Assembly (NCBI GenBank): GCA_964388155.1
Contig: CAYLYH010000008.1
Span: 258 to 64,257, forward strand
From: an uncultured bacterium
GTDB taxonomy: Bacteria > Fidelibacterota > Marinisomatia > Marinisomatales > JACNKV01
Direction: 5' to 3'
DNA length: 64,000 nt
Shown here: positions 32,801 through 41,602 of the stretch, piece by piece
How the letters are laid out: every line of letters starts with the position of its first letter
Position numbering within the stretch: the first letter of the stretch is position 1
Notes under the pieces: model-generated
Told to the model about the DNA's origin: nothing
Databases searched by the model: none
The model's input: the letters and a program-made list of their open reading frames with translations, nothing else
Program-made: the position numbers and the translations under genes

Positions 32801-32919
32801 TTGAAAAAAAATACGGACGGAATGAAATAATTACCGTCGTCAGTCCCAGCGGAAAAAAAGAAGAGATTAAATATAAAAAACTTCCTCAATATATCAATCG
32901 GGGGTATAAGCAAGCATAA
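29863..32919 (+). CDS. secA: Preprotein translocase ATPase SecA
   Basis: MKTGEGKT, VDEVDS, ATNMAGRGTDI, QLRGRSGRQGDPG. Confidence 0.99.
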   Translation: MIQAILKKLFGSKSDREIKSLWSIVEEINRFTETLTQKTDGDIVARTQEIKNAIIQVRENAEDEVSGKNLDAKEAQKLVLKAEHQALDDFMIEAFAMVKETCKRMVGQSWQVSGQELEWNMIPYDVQILGAIILHHGKIAEMKTGEGKTLVATLPIYLNALTGRGVHIVTVNDYLARRDAEWMGEVYKRLGLTVSFLQNTMNNDHRRDAYYADITYGTNTEYGFDYLRDNMSLTAEEQVQRGHAYAIVDEVDSVLIDEARTPLIISGAVDAPVDDTFRQLRPLIQNLVKKQNILVSNLVRDAESLLKDDKDSEAGLKLLQARRGMPKHRRLMKMFQETGMIKLAHNVESAYIRDKIMHEVDEDLYFSVEEKSHVMDITEKGRNFLAPDNPETFVIPDLGEMLNDIDSRDDLLPIQIAQEKEKAHQLHAERSGKIHNLNQLLRAFSLYEKDVDYVVQNNKVMIVDEFTGRVLPGRRYSEGLHQALEAKENVTIERETQTIATITIQNYFRLYDKLSGMTGTAETEAEEFGAIYNLDVTVIPTHSQIVRDDRNDLVYKTKREKYNAVIEELSSCYLKKQPVLVGTISVEISELLSRMLKRKGIPHNVLNAKQHQREAEIVTRAGQPGSITIATNMAGRGTDIKLGDGVTDIGGLHILGTERHESRRIDLQLRGRSGRQGDPGSTQFYLSLEDDLMRLFNSERVAAIMEKMGVEEGEVITAKMVTRAISNAQKKVEQRNYGIRKHLLEYDDVMNQQRQVVYDLRNQGLHGENIRETVMEFIEDFVEDETAALQEQRSDEWDWENLKYIFSSHLLVNIEQDSISSSSDLSEISLDDLKDFILKQAKEVYAARELLMPEEVMRGFERFIILRTIDEKWKDHLYGMDQIREGINLRAYGQKNPLLEYKSEGFQLFQEMMADLNRTTVQRLLRTQLQGMEQAPQIQTRQVHNVRTQHDDTTGMGFAAAPEGGQANRPQQATRTPVHVEKKYGRNEIITVVSPSGKKEEIKYKKLPQYINRGYKQA

Positions 32920-33034
32920 ATAGTGAGGAGTGAGGTACTGACTACCGAAGCTAAGTTATGAAAATTGGACGAATTACATTTTATGTTTTACATGTATTTA
33001 GTGTAATTTTGCGGGCTTTTTAAAGACAGTATTT

Positions 33035-33116
33035 GCCGCGGTGGTGGAATTGGTAGACACGCCAGATTTAGGATCTGGTGCTTTCGGGCGTGAAGGTTCG
33101 AGTCCTTTCCGCGGTA
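33035..33116 (+). tRNA. tRNA-Leu(TAG), CCA not encoded
   Basis: Acceptor GCCGCGG/CCGCGGT, D-arm TGGTGGAATTGGTAGACAC, anticodon stem CCAGA-TTTAGGA-TCTGG, long variable arm, GGTTCGAGTCC T-arm. Confidence 0.96.
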
Positions 33117-33383
33117 CTGAACTTTAACCGGTCACTTATTTCGGGGGGCTTTTGATATGATCAATAAAGTATGATCGCCTGTAAAACCAGGGCCGGAACC
33201 GGATAGGATTGTCAATTAAAAGCAGGCTGATTGTTTAAACCAAAAAAGGAAACCAACTCTTAAGCAAAAACACTAAACAAAAAATAATCAAACTATTCCT
33301 TGACCTTAGTATAAGAGATAGTGGGGGTTAGCCAGATTATTTCTTCTCGTATTTTCACATCATCAGCTCTATTATACAAGACG

Positions 33384-33875
33384 TTATCCTTTTCCTAATA
33401 TTACAATATCTGCAAACAGGAATGATATTATCGGCAGGACCCAATATAGAATCCCAGACAATATTCCCAATGACAGTTGTTTGGTATCCAATAATTTTGA
33501 TTCTTTCAATTTTTGAATACCCAAAACAAACAGTAGCAAGAAAACGATACTACTTACCATTCCGGGGGAATATTCAATGAAAATAATTGAGAACATGGTG
33601 TGATTTAGAAAGTTAAAAAATCCCCAGATTAAAATTCCTAAACCAAGTGGAAGAAATTTCAGTTTATTCATAGTATAGAGAAAACAACCCAGCAACAGGT
33701 AAAAGGTGAAATAGTAATTATGAATCAGCCAAAGTTCTGTATCATAAATAGGTATCCCCCATCTGATTTTCACCCACCCGGGGAACCCAAACATTCCTTC
33801 TTCAATAAGATGAAAGGATATGTAAAATAGGATGCTTATCATCGGTAAATATTTGAACTGAATTTTATTAATCAT
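33384..33875 (-). CDS. HXXEE domain-containing membrane protein
   Basis: HLIEE motif, GF..W, N..NH and YSPGM motifs; AT-rich. Confidence 0.85.
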   Translation of the reverse strand: MINKIQFKYLPMISILFYISFHLIEEGMFGFPGWVKIRWGIPIYDTELWLIHNYYFTFYLLLGCFLYTMNKLKFLPLGLGILIWGFFNFLNHTMFSIIFIEYSPGMVSSIVFLLLFVLGIQKLKESKLLDTKQLSLGILSGILYWVLPIISFLFADIVILGKG

Positions 33876-34180
33876 TAATCTGGCTTCCGTTCGAGTGTGG
33901 GATGGACGGGCGCTTCGCGCCGGCCAGCCCAGACTGGCACAGCTCCATCAGTAAATATACGGCTCGAGAGCCGTGATATTACATTTTTGTTCGTTGATTG
34001 TGTGTGTGGAATTACAGCCCGAAGAGTTTTAAGCGCTGTGTGATATGTTCGTAAGCTCTAGCTGATAATTCATGAAGCAATTTACCAACTGCAAATACGA
34101 TTAGGCAATAAATATAATCTCATACCATCGAACTGATTTTTACTCAAATTATAAATCATAACACTTTCCTCCGACACCTG

Positions 34181-34801
34181 TTATCGGCGGCTAATGATTA
34201 TTATCCAAACAACATTGTAATAAACAATGATCTTTTGAGTTATCGGGATAATTGGTCCCCAAATATCAGCTAAGCCCTGCCCAATCTGGACACCAACAAC
34301 CAAAGCCAGTCCCAGACTTATAAAACCGGCAAGCATTTTAGCTTTAAGTTCCAAAAAAGCAACTACAAGGGCGGTGATAAAAAGTGGAATCGCCCAAAGC
34401 CAGACTCCGGTCATGTGAAGATCAGACAGTATGTCATCGGGGGCGATCCCGATAATTACCATGCCGGCGGCTGAAATTGAACCGATAATTTTCACAGCGT
34501 ATTTAAAATAAGGAGTTCCGTTAATGGTTTTTGCCAGTCCATTATAAAAGGCAAATAAACTGATCCCGAAGAAAGTCAGCGCTGAATTGAATAAGATCAT
34601 CGATACAGTATTGCTGTCCCCGGAGTAAGAAACGGTCCGCCCCAAATCGCTGAACATATTAAGCCAGAATGTGTAGCCGAGCGCCTGATCGTCCCAAGCA
34701 GTCCCGCCTTGATAAAATAACATAGCAACAGCAGATACAACCACAAATTGCAACGCTCCGACCGCACCGGTAAGAAGTAGTTTTTGTTTAGTTATTGCCA
34801 T
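34181..34801 (-). CDS. DUF998-like multi-pass membrane protein
   Basis: AMLFYQGG..GYTFWLNMFSDLG, about 5-6 TM segments. Confidence 0.7.
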   Translation of the reverse strand: MAITKQKLLLTGAVGALQFVVVSAVAMLFYQGGTAWDDQALGYTFWLNMFSDLGRTVSYSGDSNTVSMILFNSALTFFGISLFAFYNGLAKTINGTPYFKYAVKIIGSISAAGMVIIGIAPDDILSDLHMTGVWLWAIPLFITALVVAFLELKAKMLAGFISLGLALVVGVQIGQGLADIWGPIIPITQKIIVYYNVVWIIIISRR

Positions 34802-36293
34802 CGTTCAATTCCTCCAGTAAATTAACTAATTCGCGATAAATAATTGTTGCGGTCTTAGGTCCCATGGAGTTTTCCTCACCGTAGGGAGAATCATGATCGT
34901 GATAGAGGTAAGGATGTTTTGTATCCCATTCACTTTTGGGGATGATGTAGCCGATCTCATCATTTGCCAAACCTAATACAAATTTAAATTTACCGGTCAT
35001 CAAGTCACGCAGCGGAGGGACTTCTTGAGGAGACAGTTCAAAATCCTGGCCGAGCGGTGCTTCAATGCCGCCGTTCACCATTTCAGGATAAATTTCACCG
35101 GGGACAGAGATAAAACTTGCCGGTCCGATCCTAAAAGCTGCTACTTCAGATACGGTTTTCATCCAGCCCGTCATTGAACGGTCTATCACACCAAGAAAGA
35201 ATCCCAACCGGAATTTCCAATTATCCACAGGCAGACAAACGGTTTTAGATATCAGATCGATCTTTCCCTCGTTGATAGTCATATTTTCATTACTTCTAAC
35301 GGATTCCAGAACCAACTTAGCTATTTGATATCCCTGTGCGCGGGTTTTAGCGTAAGTCGCTCCCGAATAGATGGTTTTGTTCAGCGGATCCGGGATCGGG
35401 AAATTTGGTCTGGTTGTCATCAATCCGCCGATCGCCCCATTGATGTAAACCGCCGTCCCGCCAATTCCGGGGATAATCGTGTTATCACCGTCTCGTATTC
35501 CTTTCTCGACACCTTCACGGACATAATGCGGAAAGTCAGAGCTAATAAGCAGGTTGTCACTCCATAGCGTTTCGGCATGATTTGCCCAGGATATTAATGT
35601 CCCCAGCGTCGTATCTGTTTCAGCATCAATAGCATGGATGATCCGCACTCCGGGGTCGGACACGATCGGTTTGCGTGAATCCTGAACTAAGTGAGCTGCA
35701 CCAGTGAGGTCTTGCGAAAAACTAAGACTAGCAGGACGCATTTTATTAACCGCATTCGTTATCGCTGTGACCGTTCGCTCTTTCACATAGTTTAGATATT
35801 TGCTGTCCACACCGCTTTTAAAAATACTGCCACCCCAAACTCCCAACAGATCCGGTGCTTCATGATCGTGTGAACTGCAGATGACGGTATAATCAATTTC
35901 TAAATCTTTTGGCAGGGATTCACGAACATCAATGGCATCTTCGTAGAAAAACCCGATCGCGTCCAAACCAATGATCGCTATGCGGGTCTCTCCGTTATCA
36001 ATAACCATAGCACGGGACCAAAGATCGTCATGGATCCCGGCAGCCGGCCGGCTTTGATGAAAACCGGCGATCCAAACCGGATCAAAACGGCAATTATCAT
36101 TGTTATCTTGGTAAGTATCACCATCATCCGGGTTGTATTTTGCATCGCCGTTTGCATCAATCCAGGTGTCGATAATTTCAGGGTTTATTGTTAAGGCAGA
36201 AAATCCGACTTTGAACGGACGATCAAAATCATTAGAAAGAACGACAGATAATAGAGACAAGAATAAAAGGTGTTTGGGGAGGCATTGTTTCAT
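34788..36293 (-). CDS. Secreted neutral/alkaline ceramidase-like hydrolase
   Basis: Signal peptide; GIHDDLWSRA, SSHDHEAPD, ANHAE, SSDFP, PGEIYPE, GLANDEIGYI, YGEENS. Confidence 0.7.
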   Translation of the reverse strand: MKQCLPKHLLFLSLLSVVLSNDFDRPFKVGFSALTINPEIIDTWIDANGDAKYNPDDGDTYQDNNDNCRFDPVWIAGFHQSRPAAGIHDDLWSRAMVIDNGETRIAIIGLDAIGFFYEDAIDVRESLPKDLEIDYTVICSSHDHEAPDLLGVWGGSIFKSGVDSKYLNYVKERTVTAITNAVNKMRPASLSFSQDLTGAAHLVQDSRKPIVSDPGVRIIHAIDAETDTTLGTLISWANHAETLWSDNLLISSDFPHYVREGVEKGIRDGDNTIIPGIGGTAVYINGAIGGLMTTRPNFPIPDPLNKTIYSGATYAKTRAQGYQIAKLVLESVRSNENMTINEGKIDLISKTVCLPVDNWKFRLGFFLGVIDRSMTGWMKTVSEVAAFRIGPASFISVPGEIYPEMVNGGIEAPLGQDFELSPQEVPPLRDLMTGKFKFVLGLANDEIGYIIPKSEWDTKHPYLYHDHDSPYGEENSMGPKTATIIYRELVNLLEELNDGNN

Positions 36294-36357
36294 GAATATG
36301 TCTTAAATTATTAAAAGATATTAATGCTTATATTAAAGTCAATACAATGGAATTATC

Positions 36358-37791
36358 ATGAAAACATCAACGTGGAAAGCGTTAGCTTTATTTGGAATTA
36401 TTGGAATAACCATTTTACTGTTTCATAAACCGATCCAAATCGTAAATGCGGTAACACTATTGCCCGCGGAAGATTTCGGATTATCGCTTTCTTTCTGGCG
36501 CATCCTGTTTGAACCGATTGTCGGTCCGATGCTGTTCTATTTGCGGGCAGGAAACCCGGTAGAGGAGTTTTTTGTTCTTTTTATTTGGATTATTATTGGA
36601 ATGTTCATTTGGATATTATCTCGACAAAGCATAGGGAAATCACTTTGGAGAAGAAGCCTTAAATGGCTGTCAAGAGTTCCGATCATTTTCAGTGTATGGC
36701 TGGCAGTGTTATTGATAATGATTTTCGCACCACTTCCGAATAACCGAATTGTGAATAATAATCCGAATACAATTTTGCTGGGGACCCACAGCCACACTCA
36801 CTACAGCCACGATGGATTGATAAGCCAGAAGGATATGAAAGACTGGCATGAAAAGAACGGATTTGATGCGTTTTTTATTACCGATCATAATCATCATGAA
36901 CAAACACTCGATTTTATCAATCAGCAGCGCCGGGGCGTAGTAACTGCTAAACCAATGATATTATGCGGTGAAGAATTCTCCGGAAGTAATCATATATTAT
37001 TATTGGGATTTGAGCACAATACGATCACTGAAGGGTTCACAGACCAGGAAGCGATCGATGCTATTCACGCTCAGGATGGGTCCGCGATTGTCGCTCATTG
37101 GTTTGAAGGGGAAAGGAATTCTATTCAACATTATATTGATAAAGATGTGGATGGATTTGAAGTTGCCAATCAAAATGATGTATTCTATCCTGAAAGGATA
37201 CATACGGATATTGTTCAGAGTTGCCAGGAAAATGATTTACTGATGATCGGATCGTCTGATTATCACGGCTATGGCGCAACCTGTTTTACCTGGAATGCGT
37301 TAAATATTCCGAGATGGAATTCGATGGATCACATAGGGAAAACGCAGTCGATCATGAATATTTTCAAAGAACATGATCAGAGTAAAATACAAGTATTAAT
37401 CTATCGCGATCGGTCACCGGTCCCGCCTGGCAGATTGAGTGTAAGCCCGATATACGTCTTTTTTAACTATTTTCGGGGTTTGACGTTTACTCAACTTATA
37501 TCGTGGCTGATTTGGAGTTTATTAATTATTAAACTGCTAAAGACACGAGAAAACTGTAAACTGTGCATTCACATGAAAAAACGCGCTTTATCTAAAACAG
37601 GTTTGACAGGACTGGTCAGTTCTTTTGTTTCGATTGTATATGGCCTGATTCTGTTGGGAAAAGTTGAAGGATTGGCCGCTTACAACGATATCCATCAAGA
37701 ATACGGAGTGCCATTTACCGTTATCGGAGTATCACTTTTTATTTATAGCCTAGTTTTGATTTTCATTGTAAAAACAGTCAATAGACGATGA
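36358..37791 (+). CDS. Membrane-anchored PHP-domain metallohydrolase
   Basis: HSHTHYSHDG, ITDHN, GEE..H, AHW, GSSDYH PHP motifs flanked by TM helices. Confidence 0.8.
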   Translation: MKTSTWKALALFGIIGITILLFHKPIQIVNAVTLLPAEDFGLSLSFWRILFEPIVGPMLFYLRAGNPVEEFFVLFIWIIIGMFIWILSRQSIGKSLWRRSLKWLSRVPIIFSVWLAVLLIMIFAPLPNNRIVNNNPNTILLGTHSHTHYSHDGLISQKDMKDWHEKNGFDAFFITDHNHHEQTLDFINQQRRGVVTAKPMILCGEEFSGSNHILLLGFEHNTITEGFTDQEAIDAIHAQDGSAIVAHWFEGERNSIQHYIDKDVDGFEVANQNDVFYPERIHTDIVQSCQENDLLMIGSSDYHGYGATCFTWNALNIPRWNSMDHIGKTQSIMNIFKEHDQSKIQVLIYRDRSPVPPGRLSVSPIYVFFNYFRGLTFTQLISWLIWSLLIIKLLKTRENCKLCIHMKKRALSKTGLTGLVSSFVSIVYGLILLGKVEGLAAYNDIHQEYGVPFTVIGVSLFIYSLVLIFIVKTVNRR

Positions 37792-37860
37792 AGACTATTT
37801 TTATGGGCTCTTCAGGGTTTAGTGTGGAAAACGGAGTTTATCGATCAGCTATAGGATAAA

Positions 37861-38010
37861 TTATCTGTCAAACAAAAAGAGAACGTAGATGCTGTAAGCA
37901 TAGATTTTTTGAAAGCATATATTAACGGTGCAGAGAAGCATGCTCCTTGAACCTCTATTGTCCACGATAAATTTCACATAATGAAGTATATGAATAAGGC
38001 ATTGGATAGG
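37861..38010 (+). pseudogene. ISL3-family transposase fragment
   Basis: Translates LSVKQKENVDAVSIDFLKAYINGAEKHAP*TSIVHDKFHIMKYMNKALDR, matching the ISL3 D...P..iv.DkFH...n.Ald core; in-frame stop. Confidence 0.8.
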
Positions 38011-38056
38011 AAGACTCTACACAGTCTCCTTTTCGCTATTAAGCTACGGACGACTT

Positions 38057-38863
38057 TTACAATATAGGCGTGTATTGCCGGATGGTTAGTTGCTGAGGAT
38101 TCACTGTAACAGACAGAGCAACAGGATAGGGATGACTTTCTATAAAATTCAAATTCTCACCGTTTAAATAAATATAAACGCCCTGAAAATGATTAAGGAG
38201 GAGGTCCAGTTGTTTGTCAAACGAAAATGTTTTTTGATCTCCGGTAATCAATCTGATTGATTCAAGCGCAAGTGTATCTTGCCGAACTTGAAATCCGATG
38301 GGTTGTTTACAGGTGATTTTAATCGAAAAGGGTGGTTCAATGTTCAGAACTTGAGTTTGAGTACTTAACGACGTGTAATTTTCTAGCAGTTGGTCTTGAG
38401 TAGTTATATCATGACCCAACGTATTGGTTCTTCCTCCGAGTTGTTCGGTAGGATCCAAGGTTATTTTTCGAATGATAATTATAGAAAAAATAAAAATTAG
38501 TAGAAGCACACTTCCTTTGATAAGGTTTGCTCGTGTATTCGTTGGCGTACTGGGTGTTATGGTTTTTGAAGGTTCAGGTTCAGAATCCAACAGATCTGTT
38601 TTCGGCTTTGGTTCCGGAGTTTTTCCATTTTTTTTATCAAGGTATTGCTCTAGATTTGTAATGACTTTTTCAGGATTTCCGCCGATCTCTTTTACATAGG
38701 CTTTCAGAAACAATCGGATGTACGGAAGGGGAAGGACATCAAATTGACCAGCTTCTAATGCCTTGAGAAAAGACAAAGCAATTTTTGTCCTGTTGTGAAT
38801 CTCCGCAAGGTCAATACCTTGTTGCTCGCGGAGTGTCTTCAGTTCTTCGTAAAATGTGCTCAT
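38057..38863 (-). CDS. rodZ: RodZ-like helix-turn-helix membrane protein
   Basis: LKTLREQQGIDL..I..RTKI..FLKALEAG..YIRLFLKAY HTH, single TM, periplasmic domain. Confidence 0.82.
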   Translation of the reverse strand: MSTFYEELKTLREQQGIDLAEIHNRTKIALSFLKALEAGQFDVLPLPYIRLFLKAYVKEIGGNPEKVITNLEQYLDKKNGKTPEPKPKTDLLDSEPEPSKTITPSTPTNTRANLIKGSVLLLIFIFSIIIIRKITLDPTEQLGGRTNTLGHDITTQDQLLENYTSLSTQTQVLNIEPPFSIKITCKQPIGFQVRQDTLALESIRLITGDQKTFSFDKQLDLLLNHFQGVYIYLNGENLNFIESHPYPVALSVTVNPQQLTIRQYTPIL

Positions 38864-39066
38864 AGCTAAACAGAAGTTAATGGATGAAACAATTGGAATT
38901 CAATGATTTATCTCTAATATGTGTTATTTTTTGAAATATCTATTTTGATTTTGCAAATAACGAACAAGATTGTATTTAAATACTCAGATGATATGCCATT
39001 AAAACAAATCATATCCATCTTGATGGTTTCCGTTTGAAAAATCATCAATATCTCTTATTTTTTCCT

Positions 39067-39747
39067 ATGAATAAAATCAACTTATTGCAGTCTGTACCTC
39101 TGTTTTCGGATTTGAGTGATTCATCTCTGAGTATGATTTCTCAAGAAATGATCCTTCGATCCTATACAAAAGAGCAAATGATTCTGGTAGAAGATAATCC
39201 GGGAGAAACTTTTTTTATTGTGGCACAAGGCAGCGTAAAAGTCACACGAACGAGCGAAGATGGTCGTGAAGTCATCCTGACAATGTTAGGCGCAGGTGAT
39301 TTTTTTGGTGAAATGTCATTACTGGATGGAAAAACCCGTTCAGCAAATGTTGTTGCACTGGAAGCCACCGAAACACTGACATTGTCTCGCCGTGATTTTT
39401 TATCCATCTTGGAGACGTATCCAAAAATCGCTATCCATTTATTGGAAGAATTAACCACACGAATTCGCTGGAGCGATCGCCAGATCGAAAGTTTATCTCT
39501 TAGTGGAGCTGAAAAACGCATTGCGATTGCACTGATTCGACTTGCAGAAGAATTAGGAACAATACGTCAGGGGGCTGTCACGGTTCAAAACCTCCCATAC
39601 CAACAAGATATTGCTAATATGGCGGGGACGTCCAGAGAAACAGTCTCACGGGTTTTGAAACTATTAGAAGAACAAAATTACATTCAGCGGCATGGCAGAA
39701 CATTAGTGATTAACCAATTCGTTGAATTTTCTAGAATGTTTGCCTAG
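39067..39747 (+). CDS. Crp/Fnr family transcriptional regulator
   Basis: FFGEMSLLDGKTRSA cNMP-binding motif, GTSRETVSR HTH. Confidence 0.94.
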   Translation: MNKINLLQSVPLFSDLSDSSLSMISQEMILRSYTKEQMILVEDNPGETFFIVAQGSVKVTRTSEDGREVILTMLGAGDFFGEMSLLDGKTRSANVVALEATETLTLSRRDFLSILETYPKIAIHLLEELTTRIRWSDRQIESLSLSGAEKRIAIALIRLAEELGTIRQGAVTVQNLPYQQDIANMAGTSRETVSRVLKLLEEQNYIQRHGRTLVINQFVEFSRMFA

Positions 39748-39767
39748 TTACACGCGGAATAAATCTT

Positions 39768-40700
39768 ATGCGTTTAGATCCTGACTCTATCCGAAATAAT
39801 CATCATCGGGTCATCTCGAAAGCAATCACTCATATTGAGAATAGTAATGATCTAATTCAGGATATTCTCATCGATCTCCACCCCGATACATTGAATGCAG
39901 TTCGGATTGGCATTACCGGTCCTCCCGGAGCAGGGAAAAGTACTTTAGTTAATCATCTGATTTCTGACTTTGTCCTTCAAGGTAAATCTGTCGGTGTGGT
40001 GGCTGTGGATCCAACAAGCCCGTTTACAGGAGGTGCATTGCTGGGAGATCGAGTTCGAATGAATCGCCATTTGTGGGATGAAAATGTGTTCATTCGCAGT
40101 ATGGGTTCTCATGGTGATTTAGGCGGACTTGCCAGAAAAACTCAGGATGTAGGCGACTTACTTGCGGCAAGCGGAAAAGAGATTATCATTTATGAAACGG
40201 TCGGGGTTGGACAAGGTGAACATGATATCGCAAAAGCTGCAGATATTACAGTCGTTGTATTGGTCCCGGAATCGGGGGACGAAATTCAGCTCATGAAAGC
40301 AGGGTTGATTGAAATTGCGGACTTTTTTGTGATTAACAAATCAGATAGGGGTGGCGCTGGCCGATTATCACAAATGCTGCGAGTCATGCTTCATAATTTC
40401 TCACAGTCAAGACGATTAGAACCTCCTGTGATGAACACGGTCGCGAGTAAAGGAGAAGGAGTTCTTGAGTTTAAGAATAATCTGTTAATCCATCTTGAGC
40501 GAATGAAAGAAAATGGATATCTTCACAGAAAACGACTTGAAAGACATCGTCGGCGGGTAATAGAATTAGTCCAACATCAGTTGTTGGATGAGTTTTGGAC
40601 ATCTCAAAGAATGAAAGAATTTTCGGGATATACTGAGACTGAAGAATCCATAGAAACATCTCCTTTTGTAATTGCTAAAGAGTTGTTAAAGGTACAATAA
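39768..40700 (+). CDS. meaB: Methylmalonyl-CoA mutase-associated GTPase MeaB
   Basis: GPPGAGKST, AVDPTSPFTGGALLGDRVRM, ETVGVGQ, NKSD. Confidence 0.93.
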   Translation: MRLDPDSIRNNHHRVISKAITHIENSNDLIQDILIDLHPDTLNAVRIGITGPPGAGKSTLVNHLISDFVLQGKSVGVVAVDPTSPFTGGALLGDRVRMNRHLWDENVFIRSMGSHGDLGGLARKTQDVGDLLAASGKEIIIYETVGVGQGEHDIAKAADITVVVLVPESGDEIQLMKAGLIEIADFFVINKSDRGGAGRLSQMLRVMLHNFSQSRRLEPPVMNTVASKGEGVLEFKNNLLIHLERMKENGYLHRKRLERHRRRVIELVQHQLLDEFWTSQRMKEFSGYTETEESIETSPFVIAKELLKVQ

Positions 40701-40702
40701 TC

Positions 40703-41431
40703 ATGACTCAAAAAGAACGAAACGCTATGCCTTTCTTAGACCATCTTGAAGAGTTCAGATGGCGATTGATCAAATCAGTCTCTGCCATTTTAATTGGTGC
40801 TGTTATTACTTTCCTTTTTGTAAATGAAATCATTGAATTACTCATACGGCCCACCACAAAAATTAATAACCAGTTGGATTTACAGGTGCTACGCGTACAA
40901 GGAATGTTTCTGGTGAAATGGGGGTTGGCCATTGTTGGTGGTGTCATCATGGCTATTCCGGTGTTAACATACCAGATGTGGTCCTTTGTAGCACCGGGGC
41001 TTCATACCAAAGAAAAGAAATATGGATTTCCATTGGTTGTTTTCACATTCTTATCTTTTTTAGTTGGTGTGCTATTTGCGTATTTCATCTTGATTCCGTT
41101 TTCACTGAACTTTTTTACGTCCATGGGATACGGTGACATTCAGAACAATATATCGATTAACTATTATTTCAGTTTTATCACCTGGCTGATGTTGGGGGCT
41201 GGGCTCATCTTTGAGCTGCCGGTTCTCTCGTTCATGCTTTCAATAATTGGTGTACTAACACCAAAATTCATGCGCCATTATCGCCGGCATTCAATTGTGT
41301 TCATCATGGTATTGTCTGCGTTTATCACACCACCGGATCCGGTTTCTCTCATCGTCATGACGATCCCACTGATTATTCTGTACGAAATCAGTATAGGTGT
41401 ATCTTGGATTGCTGTACGAAATAAAACATAA
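40703..41431 (+). CDS. tatC: Twin-arginine translocase subunit TatC
   Basis: MPFLDHLEEFRWR, FVAPGL, FELP, ITPPDP. Confidence 0.96.
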   Translation: MTQKERNAMPFLDHLEEFRWRLIKSVSAILIGAVITFLFVNEIIELLIRPTTKINNQLDLQVLRVQGMFLVKWGLAIVGGVIMAIPVLTYQMWSFVAPGLHTKEKKYGFPLVVFTFLSFLVGVLFAYFILIPFSLNFFTSMGYGDIQNNISINYYFSFITWLMLGAGLIFELPVLSFMLSIIGVLTPKFMRHYRRHSIVFIMVLSAFITPPDPVSLIVMTIPLIILYEISIGVSWIAVRNKT

Positions 41432-41602
41432 CGCTCAGACGGCATTTATTTTTCAGCACAGAGATTACAAACTTTCCCCAACCGTGTGCATGGCATGAGA
41501 GGAATTGATGTACCGCAAAATTAGGCGGCTTCTTAACGGTTTTAAATTGGATTATAGATTAATTTACTCGTAACTTTCTTGACTTTTTTGGACACAAAAT
41601 TA

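Noticed and set aside
33940-33975. Group II intron domain V on the minus strand (GAGCCGTAT...)
   Set aside because: The rest of the domain V stem and domain VI do not fit; no RT ORF.
38010-38040. attR duplication of the tRNA-Leu 3' end
   Set aside because: Only a loose resemblance (AGTCTCCTTTTCGC versus AGTCCTTTCCGC), too weak to call.
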